The notes under the pieces were generated by a model, which did no database searches, was not told the origin of the DNA, and saw only the letters and a program-made list of their open reading frames with translations. Below are positions 63,901 to 64,000 of a stretch of DNA of 64,000 nucleotides, piece after piece. The DNA lies in contig QHUJ01000111.1 in NCBI GenBank assembly GCA_003221895.1, positions 2,836-66,835 of the forward strand, in the 5' to 3' direction. The first letter of the stretch is position 1; each line of letters starts with the position of its first letter. A program made the position numbers and the translations under genes. The stretch comes from Gemmatimonadota bacterium (lineage in GTDB: Bacteria > Gemmatimonadota > Gemmatimonadetes > Gemmatimonadales > GWC2-71-9).

Positions 63901-64000
63901 GGCGTCCACTCTACCGGAGCGCAGGCGTTTCGTTCCGCATGAACCTGCTCGGCTTCGCGATCGGCCAGATGGACGTCGTGCATCCGTTCAACCGGCCGCA
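60945..64000 (+). CDS. Secreted zincin peptidase-PD40 propeller-Omp85/BamA-like barrel protein (truncated at window end)
   Basis: Not in the ORF track because it has no stop. Reads MNTTIRVTLLLGAALCFAAPAQA-QYFGRN..., HELTH (61353), WFIEGMAEY, WSPDG repeats; the same frame near the end gives SAGVSFRMNLLGFAIGQMDVVHPFNRP. Frame checked at these points only. Confidence 0.88.
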   Translation, partial: MNTTIRVTLLLGAALCFAAPAQAQYFGRNSVQYSTFKFKVLKTQHFDVYFYDKEADAATQAARMAERWYTRLSTVLRHQLSSRQPLILYSDHPDFEQTNVLGESPGEGTGGVTESLKRRIILPMGSSLWETDHVIGHELTHAFQYDITGVGRSNMGAGLNRVPLWFIEGMAEYMSLGPVDPNTTMWMRDAVRRGELPKFRDLDSPRYFPYRWGQSFWAYLGGTYGDDIVGALLRSAGRTGNVIGALEVMTHRPADSIVAEWHRALTEATEPVAVATGIQLPTDRAHVQQARQQPVTTAGARLVVSPGPQSHYNIAPAVSPDGKRMVYMSDAGLFSIDMYLADAETGHTIRTLVSSTRDPHLESMQFINSAGAWDATGTRFVFGAVVTGHPALRIVKGTNGDLVKEIKFSALGEIFNPTWSPDGKQIAFSSQVGGVTDLFTYDLENGKLTRLTDDLFADLEPAWSPDGKSIAFSTDRFETSIDSLTYGQYQLALIDVSGGAPGQITRLPYFKGAKHINPQWSPDGKSVYFIGDPGGISNVFRISLTDGAITQITNVFSGVSGITSLSPALSVAQKAPRAVFSVYTGGGYSIQSIDNLDATVGTQVTQLPPSAKELPPLEREEGIVAVIGDPTTGLVDQNTLPVESSIRKYRPALSLDFIAQPNLAVAADRFGTYVGGGITLYWSDMLGDHNLVTMAQVNGRIGDFAALVGYQNRRRRLNWSVGAQQIPYINGYYANGFDASGNYVEVIERFKQTSREVVGVMAYPFNRSFRLEASASAQQISYSDEIQKIGYDINRGGAVIYDSTIHNPVPAALGLGGATLAFVRDNSFFGATGPIVGDRWRVEADPTFGTLNFVTGLLDYRKYVMPMRPFTLAGRFLGIGRFGKDGDDPRMYPMYIGYPSLIRGYDMGSFSPNECPSNTPTCPVFDDLFGSRIAVASLELRFPPFGILHAGGGYYGILPVDAAIFYDAGVAWTSTEGAQVFGTRGGRPLYRSAGVSFRMNLLGFAIGQMDVVHPFNRP

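Overview
A GC-rich, gene-dense window of ordinary bacterial chromosome. The gene repertoire suggests Gemmatimonadota or a similar soil diderm, which is inference only. About 45 CDSs are supported. I found no rRNA, tRNA, CRISPR array, integrase or transposase. Main blocks, in order: (1) dinB-ada-dinB repair region; (2) blaI plus an M56 peptidase/HEAT-repeat sensor, preceded by two perfect 16-bp operators; (3) a six-gene operon (cupin, GcvT-like, two COG1233/PYROXD2-like flavoproteins, Rieske oxygenase, PLP decarboxylase) that looks like an uncharacterised N-methylamine catabolic pathway; (4) TonB receptor, puuD and amidase; (5) a signalling region (GGDEF, rpsU-csp, NarL, M48, HK, REC, CheB-CheR hybrid kinase, Ser/Thr kinase); (6) two different LemA modules, one a TPM-NTase-LemA-REC operon and one an in-frame LemA-DUF2207 fusion; (7) glgP with two GH57 genes; (8) mtnBDC; (9) a peptidase-PD40-Omp85 gene running off the right edge and missing from the ORF track. 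Non-coding signals include a ~128-nt rod-like inverted repeat, an Ada box, a REP-like palindrome inserted in frame in the amidase, two C11 tracts, and TANNNT boxes 5-7 nt before nine start codons (leaderless pattern). All family calls come from motif recognition by eye; no database searches were run.
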